The notes: generated by a model not told the origin, from the sequence alone. 61,558 bases of DNA, filler included, from Choristocarpus tenellus KU-1152 (GCA_964200185.2; 11 parts of 11 records of this genome joined end to end with filler, not necessarily neighbours in it), one strand, 5' to 3'. Positions 12,768 through 26,687 are shown, counted from the first letter of the whole stretch. Numbers and translations: made by a program.

Positions 12768-14502
12768 GTGTTTTTTTTTTGTGATAAATATATATATATT
12801 TTTTTGGCATCACCTTTGACAAGACTGACCACCAGAAGGACCACAAGAAGGTGTACCCTTTTTGTGGTCCTTCTGGTGGTGTATTTTGAAGAGTGAACAA
12901 GACTGATGTTGTTGCTTCTGTTTCCATTTCCTGTGCATGCCATGATACAGTCGAGTTGTTGGTGTGAGGTGTGAGGTGTGAGGTGGAGGTGAATGGGAGG
13001 GAGTTTGGCAAGGAGATGGAGTGGGGAAGGCCTTGTGGTGATGGATTTGATTTGACATGGTGTGTGTATTTAGGTTGATTGCAGTAGGTTTTAGGGGGGG
13101 GGGGGGGGGGGGGGGGGAGGGAAAAATTTTTTTTTGGGGGGGGGGGGNNNNNNNNNNNNNNNNNNNNNNNNNNNNNNNNNNNNNNNNNNNNTTAATTAAT
13201 TAANNNNNNNNNNNNNNNNNNNNNNNNNNNNNNNNNNNNNNNNNNNNCCCCAAGGCTCGCGGCGTGAGAAAATTGGCCCAAATGGACAGCCGCCACCCCC
13301 TCCCAGATACTTTGAGCCACAGACAGGCATATCGGGTGTCGACATTATGCCTCCCGCACCCAGTCAATGGGCACCTGTTGGATGGATAGGGCCTCCTCCC
13401 TCCCTACAGATCCGCTGGCAGCAAGTCTAAACTCTACAGGAGGAATCTGACTTGCCTCTTCTAAGGGTTTTGTGGAAACTCATGCATAGGCCCCTTGTTC
13501 ATACTGGCTCCGGTAGTGGCCTAGCACTACTAGCGAAGAACTTCCTCTCCCTTGTTCCTTTACATCATCTAGAAGGTTGTTGAAATAATAATGATTATCC
13601 CTAGTACTCCTTAGATGGTTTTGTGCGTATCATTTATCCATTGCTCAGAAGGAAGTGAACTCCACTTATCCACGAGGGCAATCTTTACTTAACCTACTTT
13701 GCCATCAGTTACTCATTCTTTGGTTAACAAATCTCAATTAATTGCTCTTTCTCTTACGTAGACAACTTGCTCCTTTTCCTCTATTACTAAAAGTACAATG
13801 CCAATTATTCCGTTCATTATTACACCAAGTAAGTGTCAACAGTACAATACTAAAAATAAGTAACAATGTGATACCACTTGGAGTAAAACTATACTACTGG
13901 TCTTCTTCTTCTTGAGCATCCACCTCACAAAAAGCTCAATAATAGCACAAATTGCAAACCGTTGTTTTGACAAAGTTCGGTCAGTTTTGTCCGAAAAGTC
14001 ATAACAGATCCTGTTCAGAAGACGGGCCATTTCGTGCTGTTCCCTCCTCGTGATCCTGGACCATCAAGAGGTGCTATATAGTAGTAAGTGTGGATCTTCA
14101 TGGGAGAGGTGGGAGGGTTGTTGTTCTTGCCCAGTCAATCCAGCATTGTTCACTCACTAAACACCTCCAACTCTTCCGAAGGGACTCTTGATGGGAGAAA
14201 GGTGTGGATCGACGATCCTACGGCCTGGACTGTGGGGCTCGCACAAATGACCTAGGTAAAAACCTCCCCTTCTTACCGTTGTTGCCTTTCCAAACCCAAA
14301 CGTTGGTTCAACCCCTTTCTTTACCTCAATCAAGGAAAATAAAATCAATATTTTGATATATATTGGAGGGCGGGATGTGGGTGAGTTGGGTTTGGTTGGC
14401 GTGTGTTCGCAGAATTTGAATTTCTCCAATACAAATTTGTTGTTTAAGACAAGAGTTTCACACTTTCTACAAGTTTGAACAAGACAAGGATAGGAGGTTA
14501 CC

Positions 14503-15931
14503 ATGAAGAGGTCGCGAGGGCCGCCTGGAGATTCTCGTGGTACTAATAGTGATGATGCCACAGAGCAAAAGCATGAGGGAGGCAAACGTGGCAAGCTGTA
14601 TGGAAACCCTCCACTCTTTCGCTCTCTCCTCAATGATGCTGGTGTGGATTGGCGCGACCATAGCAACCAGGGCTCATCTGGGGGATTCCATTGTTGCTCG
14701 AGTCCAGCCAAGATTCGAGTATACTTAGAGGGGCTAGTTGAGCACGACCAAACGTCCCGAGAGGAATTTGTCCAGGTACGGGACTTGTTGCCGTCCTGGC
14801 CTTCCTCTTTGCACCGTACCAAAACATGGTATCTGTGCCCTGAACTTGTAGGAACCAATCGTTGCAGTATGAAGGCATTTGATTTCTCGCTCTCTTTTCT
14901 AGTAGTATCCTTTGTTATTGTTCTTCTCTTCGAGCCTCTACTCGAGGTCCTGGAGAAGACACCTGGAGCCAAATATCACTGGGTACTGATAAGCCCTCCC
15001 CCACGCTCAAACACCAGTCCTTGTCTTGCCAAAGCGCCACATCCGCTGCTGAACCAACTGTGGCCTGAATATATACTGCATAACCTCTTCGCTCTCCCGT
15101 CATCACCCCTCCCCAAATTTGAAGGGCCTCGTCGACTTCTTAACCGACCCTCAGAACCTTAGGAGAGCTCTCCTCCCCCTAATCCTTGGCAACGACCAAG
15201 GTGTTTTGGGGGCAGGGGCGGGGGTAGGTCCAAGCGTGGATGTCGGAAATGGATGGGCGGGGAGACCTTGGAACAGGACCAGTATAAACACTATCCACGA
15301 GAGCCTGGTGAAGGTGTTCTTGCGGGTGGATTGCATACAGCCCCAGGTGCTCGCATGATGTGTGAAGGCAAGGGAGGTTGTGGCCACAGGGATGGCAGGG
15401 CAATGGGATCCGGTATGTCATGCCGCGCGCCATTTTCGGATTATTACAAAGCATGCTTCACAGTAAAGGATGTACCGATAATTGGACTCTTTATATTCCA
15501 CTCTCTGTGGGACCTAATCGTGCCATAAAAACCACTGCCCACCCCAACATGAAACACAGGCTGAAACATGGATGTGCATATTTTGTTGATATTCCTCAAT
15601 ACGCAGTGCTGTGCTGATTATATTCGGACCAAGGAACTCTGGTAGTAAATGTAAAACCCAGAAACTGTTATTGAGAGACCAATATGAGCATGTATGATGC
15701 TCTGTGGGAACAGTGCTGTGCTCCTGGTTGGGGGTTACATCTCAGATCGCTGTTAACTGTCTGGTTTGGAAAATGTGTCACAGTCTGAACCACACGGTAA
15801 CTTGCTCATGCCTCCATTGGCTTTGATTGTTTCAGGTGATAGACATTCTGCTGGAGAAGCTTCCCGAGGTTGCAGGAGAGGAAGGCGATGGCAGTGCTTC
15901 AAGTGGGGGCCTTGGGGGGTCATTATCCCAG
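14503..15931 (+). CDS. FANCD2: FANCD2-like protein, N-terminal exons 14503-14775, 15125-15346, 15836-15931 (3' partial)
   Basis: Spliced in phase 0: ...EEFVQ GLVDFLTDPQNLRRALLP...HESLVKVFLRVDCIQPQ VIDILLEKLPE, matching the FANCD2 N-terminal pattern F..GL......F...L ... SLxKxLLxxxxxQPxxxxxLxEKLPE. Confidence 0.7.
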
Positions 15932-16914
15932 GTCCACATCCTGTGTACAGATGAGGGGAGGGGATTGGGTTAGAAGCAGTCTTGTCTTTGTCCTCATCCC
16001 AAGGATCCCCCCCACATCTAATGGCTACTTGCTGAGGCAGGGGAGTTTCTCCCTGCAGTTGACATTTTGGAAGGACACTTCTACCAGCTTTTATGGTCCT
16101 TCCATTGGATATGCTGTTTTTTTCAGCTGATTTTTTTGGTTCAGTGTACAATGTTTCCCTGCCCAATGTTGCTGTGTAGGCATTAGGGTTAGGTTAGGGC
16201 TGGTTTTTATCGATTTAATGAGGTGTACCTCTACATGTTGTTCTCCTTGTATGTACGTACCGTACGTATTAGTGGTCAAAGAGATCCAATGGTATATAGA
16301 GTCGAGAGCCCTAATGAGCACCGTAATAATGGTGGGGCCAGGTGGGAAGAAGATCCTGATGATCATCAGTCTGAAAATAATTGTTCGTTCTCTCAACCCT
16401 GCACTTGTGGGTATACCATGCTCAAGTGCGGGTCAATCTGTCCCATATCAATGTTCTATCTGGAGTAAAGCTTTTTGAGTCAACTCAAGGGCGTGTTACT
16501 GTTTTTGTAGCATATCACTATTATCCTTGGGATGTGTAAGTATTGTTTAAACCTACTAAGAGTGGTGGGGTTTCTCCACCTCTCAGGCGCAGGTTATGTC
16601 CGTACAAGGAGCACATATAATATGTGTTTTCTAAAACACTCACAAGTTATGTCTATATGGGTCAAAGTATCTTGGGGGGGGGGGGGGGGGGGGTTTGGGG
16701 GGGGGGGCCCGTTTGGGCAAAACACTCCTTTTTTTTTTTTTTGCAATTTAAAATATACANNNNNNNNNNNNNNNNNNNNNNNNNNNNNNNNNNNNNNNNN
16801 NNNTTAATTAATTAANNNNNNNNNNNNNNNNNNNNNNNNNNNNNNNNNNNNNNNNNNNNCGATGAAGTGGCTCCTGTTTGTAATGAACAACGTCACATAG
16901 CCGCCGTTTTGGTT

Positions 16915-17134
16915 GGCGGGGGGGGGGGGGGGGGGATCTACACCAGAGCGCCCATTTTGGGTCATAACCAGGAAAATCGCACTTACATTGTCCATCCAAG
17001 GTATGCAACCAAATCACACAAAAATCGTGACATGGAAAAATTGGCCGCAAAGGGACAGCCGCCACCCCTCCCCCCAGATACTTTGAGCCGGCCCCAAATG
17101 GACGCTCCCCCTCCCCCCCTAGATACTTTGACAC
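16915..17134. mobile_element. MITE type B with a duplicated right terminus
   Basis: Type B body ends CAGATACTTTGAGCC and is followed by a second end CCAAATGGAC...TAGATACTTTGACAC. Confidence 0.7.
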
Positions 17135-17241
17135 TAAATCAGTGCAGTGAAGGTTATTTGCATCTAATTCCTCTACATGCTCAAATCTAGAACAAGTTAT
17201 ACACAAATTGGAAGCAACGAGAAGGGTGTCACAATTGAAGT

Positions 17242-17420
17242 GACCCAAAGTATCTGGGAGGGGGGGGGGGTCTACACCAGGGTGTCCATTTAGGTCAAAA
17301 TCAGGAAAAGGTTATTTACAGTATCCATCCGACGTACGCAACCAAATCACCCAAAAATCGCGACATTAAAAAATTGCCCCCAAATGGACAGCTGCCACCC
17401 CCTCCCAGATACTTTGACCC
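17242..17420. mobile_element. MITE type B, complete
   Basis: GACCCAAAGTATCTGGGAGGG ... CCCAGATACTTTGACCC; AGT on both flanks. Confidence 0.85.
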
Positions 17421-17981
17421 AGTACACCCAAAACATCCTGGTTAAACGCAAATGGGTTGTGAATCAATGGCCAAACGAAAGTTTTTGTGAGGAGCCTCGT
17501 ATGCCGAATTTTGATTATGGACCCTCTGCAGTGAACATGCAAGGTCCTTGATGACTCAAATAACAGAAAAGAACCATAGCAGACCAAGCCCTTTGATAAG
17601 ATCCCGAGGGCAAACATTATACACTACCTACTGCAGTCCACCAGGAGGAGTGTGAAGGACATATGAAAAAGTGATATGTAGTCCACCGGTCACAAACAAT
17701 AGATTGGAAATTTCAGAACCCTAGTAGAACCTAGAATTTTTCTTCTTTTTTCCAGTCACAGAAGGTCGCGGACAAGAACAGATAGAACGTTCAATACACT
17801 ACACGGTTTATTATTATATTATTATTTTGTGCGAGCAAGATGTCCCTTTTTACCACTTCCTTCAGAACTATCACCATTACCCACATCTAGTCCGTCAAAT
17901 GGACACGTGCGCTCGATATACAAGTCCAGATGCACAACACATGCTTGACAACAAGCTGAATTCCCCTCCTACCTTGCACAG

Positions 17982-20900
17982 GAAGAAGTGGCACTGAACC
18001 AGTTTTCCAAGGGCTTGGCGGATTGTCGTCTGGCGTTCATCGACCGCAATCGTGACCTGTGGGTGTGCCCAGTGGTACCTGCACAGGGAAAAGGCGCAGC
18101 AGTCACGAAGCACAAGCTGCAGACACATGTGGGTATATTCCTGGCTTGCTCCGTACAGCTCCAGCTATCCTTGCTTCCTGTTTAGTTATTGTTGCAATGA
18201 GAATTGATTGGAACACCAGGGTTAGTGTTGGAGGTATACTTCAATGAAGTTAAGAGTGGGCTGGGGTGTAATGCAACATGTGTGCTAGAGTTGTGAACCG
18301 AGAGGACATGCGAATTTAAATCATTATCATTTCAGTTCTTGTTGGTTAATTGTGATTAGTTGTGTGGGTCATTGTTGCACGCTGTCAGCAAGCAGCGTAG
18401 CCAGGAGGAAATAGGCTTCCTGGGGGGTGAGGGGCCCTGCCAAACGCTAAAATATTTGAGGCTAACATTGCAGAAGTGTATGTGTGTCATCACATGCAAT
18501 ACTACTAACAGGAATATTTGGAGGAATGCACACACAAGGATGATTCACAAAAGTAACCAACCAATCGGTTTTCAGAATATTCGCTTATCAGTATATTGCA
18601 ATTAATCAGATGCAACTGATTGTTATCGGTGCCGTTTTGTACTATGTACAATATTGTGCTGGAGAAATATTGTTGTCATTGAAGTTTAGTGCCAGATAAT
18701 ATAGTTGCTAGCTAAGTTGTCTGTATGAGGATGTCCAAAATAGACTTAGAGCAGTATCTCTGTACCGACTCCTTAAAATGATATGCCAATGACCAACACC
18801 ACACTGTGTTGATTAATCAGATCAAAATGTGTTTTTTTATGATTTATCTCGGGTAAGAGGCGTCTGCACTAGGTTCATGTCAAGAGTTACAATGAGCTGG
18901 GTATTTGCAGACCCCACTTATCCAACTTGCTCATTGAAGATACAACCTGTTCTACAGGAGCAAACTTTGCTTCTTGCACCATGCCCTCTACCCATCAGGT
19001 GCAGCACAACTAAGGTGTATGACAACATTACCACTGCATCCGTCCTAGTGAACTATCTGCTGCTGCACTGGAATGTGTTGGACGATTTGACATCCGAGGA
19101 TTAGAACATCTGACCTCACAGAGAGAGATGTTGGCCTCTCAGACTACCAATTCATATCGACCTATCATGTGGGGCTTGTTGTACATGGACATTGAGAGCT
19201 CCTGCTCAAACATCGACTCGCCAAAGCCCTTCCATCTTCTCTCCGGCTTTGACTACATTGTCAGCATGCATACTGACGTGAATCCCATATCAATACATCT
19301 ACTGCAGGTGGCTAGTGCAGCGTGGAATGACAATAGTGACCTGCTCACCGCCTTGGCCGATGGAAGATTGCTTACTTGGTACTGCCCCAAGGCTATATCA
19401 GTGGATAAAGATCTGTTGCAGCTGGCATCCACATCCAGGGATGCATCCGAGTTTGGCAAGGTCTATGGCTAAACCTTTCAAATATGCAAAAAAAATAGTT
19501 GTATGAGATCATACTGCAAGAGCCCTCTCTCACGGTATTAATATAATATATATATATATATATATATTTCATTTCCTCTTATTTCGGTCCACAACTTGCG
19601 CATTTGACAAAACATGTACTCTTTTTTCCATATCACATCCACGCCAAAGATCTTGTCATCCGATGAATTGGTTACTTCGCCTTCTAATCAAACTAAATTC
19701 GTTGTTGAAACTGCTATCAAATGTGCAGTAGCAGCAGCAGGACATTGCAAGTCTGTTGTACAAATGTACGGAGTAGTTCCCAACTCTGCCACATGTACCA
19801 CCTCTCTGAGATCAAGCTCTATCATGAAATCTAAATGCAAGAACAGGGAAATCTTCATTTCAGAGCGGTCCAGAGCAGCAGCTGTGAACACGTGTTGCCA
19901 TCTACCCCAAGAACCATTGCTTATCTATATCTTATGCATGTAGGTCAACCTATACCTCAATATCTACCCTGCCATCCAAATCGCTCGATATCTGCATTGT
20001 GTTTTCCAGACCCCACGCATCAGATCATTCTTTGGCAATAAGGTCACAGTGCGTCGTGCTGATGGCGCCCTACTCAGTGCGGCAGTAGCATCCTATCCTG
20101 CCATATTATATGACCTGGTGCAGGGACAGCGTTGGGAGGAAGCTGTCCGCCTATGCAGGTCAGTCTATGCATCACACCATTTTGTAGAGGGAGGTGTCCG
20201 TCCCCCAATTCAATTGCTAGCAGTTTCTAGTGGATGGCGATGCCTTTGATACTATATGGAGTGTATGAATCCAGCTAGATTTCTACACCGGATGAATCTC
20301 CAGGTTATGAATGTTCCAAAACACTTTGAACAGTCTCCTTGAGGTACCAGCTTATGCAAATAGGGAATTTCGCTACTCTCTCAGTTGGGATTTACGTCTC
20401 CAAACACAAGTCTTTGGGGCCTACGACACCCTCCAATGTTGCGAAATATGGCAAATTCGATCAAATCGTTGAGAAACAGCCACACTTCAATAATATTTGA
20501 AACCCTACCAGGTTAGTGAAGAACGAACAACTGTGGGCATGCATGGCATGCATGGCCCTTACTGGATCCAACCTCTCCCTGGCCGAAGAGGCTCTGGCAG
20601 CCATCAAGGAGGTCTAGTACACCCCCTGTTGCGAGAAATGTGTATTAACAGGAGATGGACCGAGAACAGTCTTAGTAGAGTGAATGTACAGGTACCGCAA
20701 AGGGTGATATTGTGTGTTGATGCACAGGTATTCCCCATCCCCAAATTAAAGAGCGCTGATGAAATATTACCTTTCCTAGAGCCAGTACAGGCCCAGAGGG
20801 AAGGTTATAAACTGTAGGATACAAACTGTGAGCAAGAAGCAATATCAAAGTAAACGGGGAGTAAGGTAGCTTGGATAGTTTTTTCGTGCCATTTGATCAC

Positions 20901-23242
20901 ATTGAAAAGGCAGGGATGATCCTTCATAACTACTTCTGAGAACTAGAATGCTAGGTGTAAAGCTGTGTACTAATCCTGCACCAGATTATTTAAAGTAGTC
21001 CAGAGAGAGGGTGCGACACATACAGAGTACAGTATAGTCACTTGGAAGTGCTGCAACAACAAATATTGCAGTTTTATTTAGTTTCAAGTTTGCTCAATTG
21101 ATTTTGATGCACACTCTCGATCAATATCCTTGTCAAACCCCCCTCAAGAGTTGAGCCAATGCAAACACTTCAAGCGAATATATCTCAAATTGGTGATGAT
21201 AGACAATGATTCTCATAAGACCTTCTCGGACAGTGCTCTGCTGCAAACCCTTTCAATCGTCTTGCTGCAAATACTTTTGATTTGTGCAACCTCTACCGCG
21301 TTCCCCCAGCACAAATTTCTATCCTTTGAATCACAAGAGTTTCTTGCATATTTCTGTGTGTCTCCACCTCTCCGTGGTGACGACGAAACCAGAATCTGCT
21401 CTCAATATGAAGAAGTCTCGGATGAAAATCCTCAACCTGATCCTCAAATGAAGCCTCTCCCCTCACTCTCACATCTTTTGTATGTGCCCTGTTGAAGGTC
21501 GATAAGCTGGAGTACGTACAACACATACAAAAGATCCCTAGTGAGGAGGGCAGAAATGCAGAACTGGCATTGTATCGCAGGTAATACATAAACAACCCTA
21601 ACCCTAGCTCAACCAATTATTTGACCCTAGAGCAGATTCAACCTTTAAAAAATTCCAAGTCGTATTGAATTAAAGCAACCTGCAACCTTTCAGCACAAGC
21701 AACCTTTAAAGCACGCTCACAACACCGCAAGAAGATGCCCTCCAGTGTTCCACTTGTAGTCAATCCAGAAGCCAAGGTTTCCTAAATGCTCCACCAATCG
21801 CAATATATCCGAAGATATTTTTTTAGTACCAGGGTACATCTATGCGCTTCAAAGGGTAAGTGCAGTGGTAGCAATAGTTCAACTGCTTAATATTCTGGCA
21901 TAGAGCAAACTTCACAGTGTTTCTACTTTTTTGTTGCCATGGAACATCTTTGTAAGCTGTGAGGAATGATATATGCCACACATTTGGCCCCTAGAGCTCC
22001 GGTGTGAACATGCATAGGGAACCATTTCAATACACACTTCGCCATTGAGGTACCCTTGACCTGTGGCTACATACCCAAACCCTCCTCTATCCATCTGCTT
22101 GCATATCAAGGAGGAGTGGTGTAGCTTGTACAAATGGGGTTGTACCACAACATTCCCATTCATCGATATGCAGTCTGTTGAATAATAGACGCTGTAACAG
22201 CTCACAAGTGAGCAAGGACAATTCATACTTCTAAGTAGAAAAACAACCAACAACCCAGTACACTACCTAAACCTGTTGTTCCCACGTACAACTATCCTGC
22301 CTGGGTTAATTAGATAAAGTTACACAGGCAACCCTCTAGACCCTGTCAACTAGAAAAATGAGCCAGTACAACAACTCAACACTACAACATTCACTCCTCA
22401 ACATTTAGTCTACCCTTGTGTTGTTTCTCTGCGACACAGGTGTCCAGAAGAGGCGGAAGCCATCCTCCTCCAGGCGTCACCACCTCTCACATACCGCGCC
22501 ATTAAGCTCAATGTGAGAACGCATTCACAAAGATTGAGTACAGTCCCGCTATGATCTACTCTGGGTATTGTGTTAAAAAAATATGCTGACTATTTTGTAC
22601 TACGTAGTAGCTCTTTTTCTCTGTATGTGTATGCACAAAACAAAGGTAAGTAGAAACTCTGTTACAAATATAACTCTGTATTGCTGTCTGGTATTCATAG
22701 TCCTTACCAGTCGGCATTGACTAGTGCCCTTCCTTTACTGACTCTATCAGGAGGTCAATGCAAATCTTGCTTGACCAGCAACAGCTTGCCAACAAACTAT
22801 TTCAACAATCCAGTGTTGCTCGACATGCTAGTACAAGCCTACTATATGCTTGTTTTGAAATCAGTATTCACTTACGCGAAATGTCTCTACTGTATTTTCA
22901 GTTTCTCCTTTGACCATCCAATCATTCCTGGGATCACTGTATGAATACACCCCTGTGCATCTGTGAGTTGTGCCTCTTACACCCTCAAGTGTCACAACTG
23001 CTGTTGGTCCCAATTGCAAGGTGCATGTATGCACCCCATCCCACCAGGCACTATGCAATAACCACTTGTTGAATTTGATACTGTGGTGCGTACAGATACG
23101 TCTGTTCCGGTGGTCAAGAGCCCTCGAGGTTGCAGTGCAGGGTCGCACTCACGTGGACACAGTCTTAGGTTACCGTCAGCGCTACCTAGATCGCTTCGGC
23201 AAGCAAGAAACAGACCCAAGATTCCTTCAGTATGCAGAACAG
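17982..23242 (+). CDS. IFT80: Intraflagellar transport protein 80, C-terminal exons 17982-18128, 19308-19460, 20010-20158, 20512-20611, 21498-21580, 22440-22512, 23096-23242 (partial at both ends)
   Basis: Seven GT-AG exons with compatible phases encode IFT80 motifs LAFIDRNRDL, WNDNSDLL, VTVRRADG, WEEAVRLCR, LWACMACMA, AAIKEVDK, EAEAILLQA, YRAIKLNIRLFRWSRALE, HVDTVLGYRQRYL. Confidence 0.95.
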
Positions 23243-24349
23243 GTAGACTCATCCGTCATTATCATTTTGATTAATATGTATTAAGGACTGTGTTTCGGAA
23301 AGAACACCATGGGTCGATTTACTTTTTTGGAACCTCCGTAATACTTGTCGCTAAGAAACCAAAGAGATTCACAGTGTAAAGTCCAAGAGTTACGGTCAAG
23401 AACGATTCTTCTTCCTGCTAAGACATGGGTGGTGTTGTGTCATAGCGTTGAATGTACTGAAGGGATGGCACTATGGAAAGTCCAAGATATCACCTCTCTT
23501 AATTATATGACTGCAAAAACATTGTGAGTTTGTGGACTGAAGCTGACAACAAAAGAGGCCAAACAGATATACGTCAAAGTATTACTACCACTGCTACTAC
23601 TCTACAATATTCAATTACGACAGCACATAGCAACCAACCCTGTGAGGCATTGCACCACCAGATAGACTGGAAATGAAGTCTGCCTTGAAATAGCACTATT
23701 AATAGTACTCTATCCTACTCTGGGTTATGTTTGATACTTCAATGAAGAAATATGTAGTATTTTTGAGTTCCACCAGGAAAGCAAGCGGCGGTGTTTGCGA
23801 GGAAAACGCAAAACGATTATGCTATTAACATATTTATATGCGTGGGTCAAAGTATCTGAGAGGGGGGTACCGNNNNNNNNNNNNNNNNNNNNNNNNNNNN
23901 NNNNNNNNNNNNNNNNTTAATTAATTAANNNNNNNNNNNNNNNNNNNNNNNNNNNNNNNNNNNNNNNNNNNNGACGTGATTGTGTGAGAGCCATCTTCCA
24001 AAGAAGGTATACCCTGAAGGTAACCTATCTTGAAAAATCTGATATTCATATGACATTTGTTCTTGCATGTTGAAGGTAACATGTACTTGAAGTAAAAGAG
24101 AGGGTAGTTTGAGGGGACCTTGCAACCCCCCCCTCATTCGATGACCACTTGTTCACTCCTTTCCCAAGTGATCTTCTGAGGGATTGCTCTCCCTCTTGAC
24201 TTGTCTCTCTCCTTTTCCTTGCCTCCTGTGGGTCTTCCCGTTCCCCTTCAGTACGAAGAACCTGTCGGCTTGTTTATATCTGTTTCACAATTGTTCAGAA
24301 TTATATCTTAACATAACTCTTGGAACTATGATGAAGAAGCAAGATTTAT

Positions 24350-26005
24350 TTTCACATGTCTTTATTTCATGAGTGTGTATTATGCGGATGCTAAAAGGTT
24401 GCCCACAAAAAAATCTCGAGCAAAATGGGGCAGCCTACACCCTCTCTATGATTCTGCTCCCGAGGCACACTGTATTTTGCCGCATCTATGGGGGCATTTG
24501 GGGGGAGCTTGCCCACCTTCTCAGCCTTTTCCTTGCTAAGATGGGGAATTTTGAAGGCGCTATCACTCTTGGACCCCAGCACTTCACTGAAGACTGCGAA
24601 GTGATTCTGTCAGATACGCTCTAGTGGGGTACACATCGAACGCCTTTATCATGAACTCCCCCAGCTCTTCTGAGTTGATCGCCCCCACATCTTCCTTCAG
24701 TTGCTGGATGGAATGAACAGATATGAGGTCGTTGACGTTGAGGTCAGGTGAGTTGTCTGGGTGGGTCTCTGTGACAATGTCGTCCTCCACCGCCTCCTCA
24801 ATTGCTTCCATGATCCCTCCCTTAGTGTGTGGCTTTTCCCCGTCCTCCTGCACAAAGATGGTGTGTCCTTCTGGGCCAGGCATGCAGTCCTTGATTGCCA
24901 GCATGACATCCTTGATCGTGAGCTTCTTGTAGCTCTCCCCGTCCACCGTGACTGGCACAAGCACCTTGGTGCCCTTGCAGCGCTGTTTGCTGGAGTACTG
25001 AGCGACCTTAAGTGTTGACGATTGGTATGATCCTGATTTCCCCATTGAATCACACCCAGATGGAGAGCTTCCTAGGGCGGGCCATAGCTGCAAGGAGCAT
25101 CACTTTCGTAATGTAACGCTTATTCTGTGCCCGTGGGGGATTGGGGACGGCCTCAGTGGAGTACAGGTGCACACCTTACCCATCTTTGAAGATGTTAAAC
25201 CACTTCTCGTCCACAGTTATATAGATCATCCACGAATCCCCCCCTCCTGTGCGTGTGGCTGATGACGTAGCCCACTCTGTTGACTTTCTGCTGGTCTTAG
25301 AGGACTGGCTTAATCCACCGCTTGACCTTCTTTACCTTCTCGTGCTTGCATAGATCCCACAACATGGGAGGGGAGATCCCGGCTTTGGCCGCCCATTTGT
25401 GGAAGGATGTGCAATGTACCGATGGGACAATCCAAATATCAATGATACATGTGTACGGTAGTCATATTACCCCTTGCGACATCGTACAGGTCCATGCATT
25501 CACCCTGTGCAATCTCGCTGCCATACATACTCCTTCAAACAACAGAACAATGTAATTCGGAAAATTTCGAAGTCCTCCACAATGGCGCCACCATCCCACT
25601 AGGCATCCGAGTCTTGCAACCTCTCGCCTCCAGGCATTGCACCGCCATGCTGTTCTTTATTGGGCTGTTTGATACCAGACAGGCTTCTGGACCGAAGAAT
25701 TGGGGCCGAATGGTGACGACGGGAAGAGTGAGCCGCTTGAACGGCAGGGGACCTTCATCCTAGGCATCCCAGCTTTCACAGTTTCAATAGGTTTTTGAAC
25801 CCTGTCAAATGTGACTCGGTCCTCTTTGCACTGGAAATCCTCCACAGTCATGGCAGCCCACGATATCAAAATCTGCACGCCTCCAACCTACATGTGAACT
25901 AAGCCTCGTGCAGACGGCATATCACGTAGATCATTCCTGGGCGAGAATGGAACTTCCAAACGTAGGTTACATTTAATTCCGAACGGAGAAAGTACCTGTC
26001 AGGAA
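24350..26005 (-). pseudogene. Decayed Tc1/mariner transposon copy 1 (transposase pseudogene, D-37-D)
   Basis: Fragments RWIKPVL, VDEKWF (~25200) and FVQED...HPDNSPDLNVNDL; frameshifts; alignable over ~1.6 kb with 33655-35290. Confidence 0.88.
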
Positions 26006-26357
26006 CCTCTGGTGGAAGAATGGAGTCAATTTTGGACATTGTCACGCCCTTGATCGCACGACAGCAATCTGTATTGTCTGTCCACGTTCCACAATACTAC
26101 GAAGATGAGTATATCATGGGGATATTTTGCGTGGTTTTACTCAGCACCCTCAGCAACCATGTTGGTTAGTATCTGGGACCGTTTGCCACTCTGTATTGCA
26201 CTAATTGTTACCAGAAAGTGGTTTGCTCCAGGAAATCATGCTGAGGAAACTTCTTTTGCAACATACTTCCTGCTACTCAAGGTGGACATCACGAGGGTGT
26301 TGGCCAAGGTCTATGTGGGTATAAACCTGTGTGAGTAAGTAGCAGGGGAGGGCTGAG

Positions 26358-26615
26358 GAGTGAAAGTATCTTAGAGGGTACGAATTTTGCCCTGTTTATC
26401 CGTTTGGAGCTTGGCTTCCCACAGGGGTTTTTATGACATTTTCCTCCTCCGAAATGTTTCGGAGGAGGTAAAATTTATAAATTATGGAAGGCATGTCCAG
26501 AACAAGGATATTGACACTTCCTAACAAACACGACAGCCAAAATTACATCAAAATCACAATATTTGATTTTGCCCTGCAAATGGACGTGACTCTACCCTCT
26601 AAGATACTTTGGCTC
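26358..26615. mobile_element. MITE type A, complete (258 bp)
   Basis: GAGTGAAAGTATCTTAGAGGGTA / TACCCTCTAAGATACTTTGGCTC; TGAG duplicated at 26354-26357 and 26616-26619. Confidence 0.88.
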
Positions 26616-26687
26616 TGAGCCGAGGGGTAAAGAGAAGGGGGAGTTGCACCAGTTAGTAGCCACTGCTGTGGTCCAGCAGCCCGAGAA

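Noticed and set aside
16183-16199. Telomere (TTAGGG-like; also near 21595 and 56437)
   Set aside because: Only 2-3 imperfect interstitial units.
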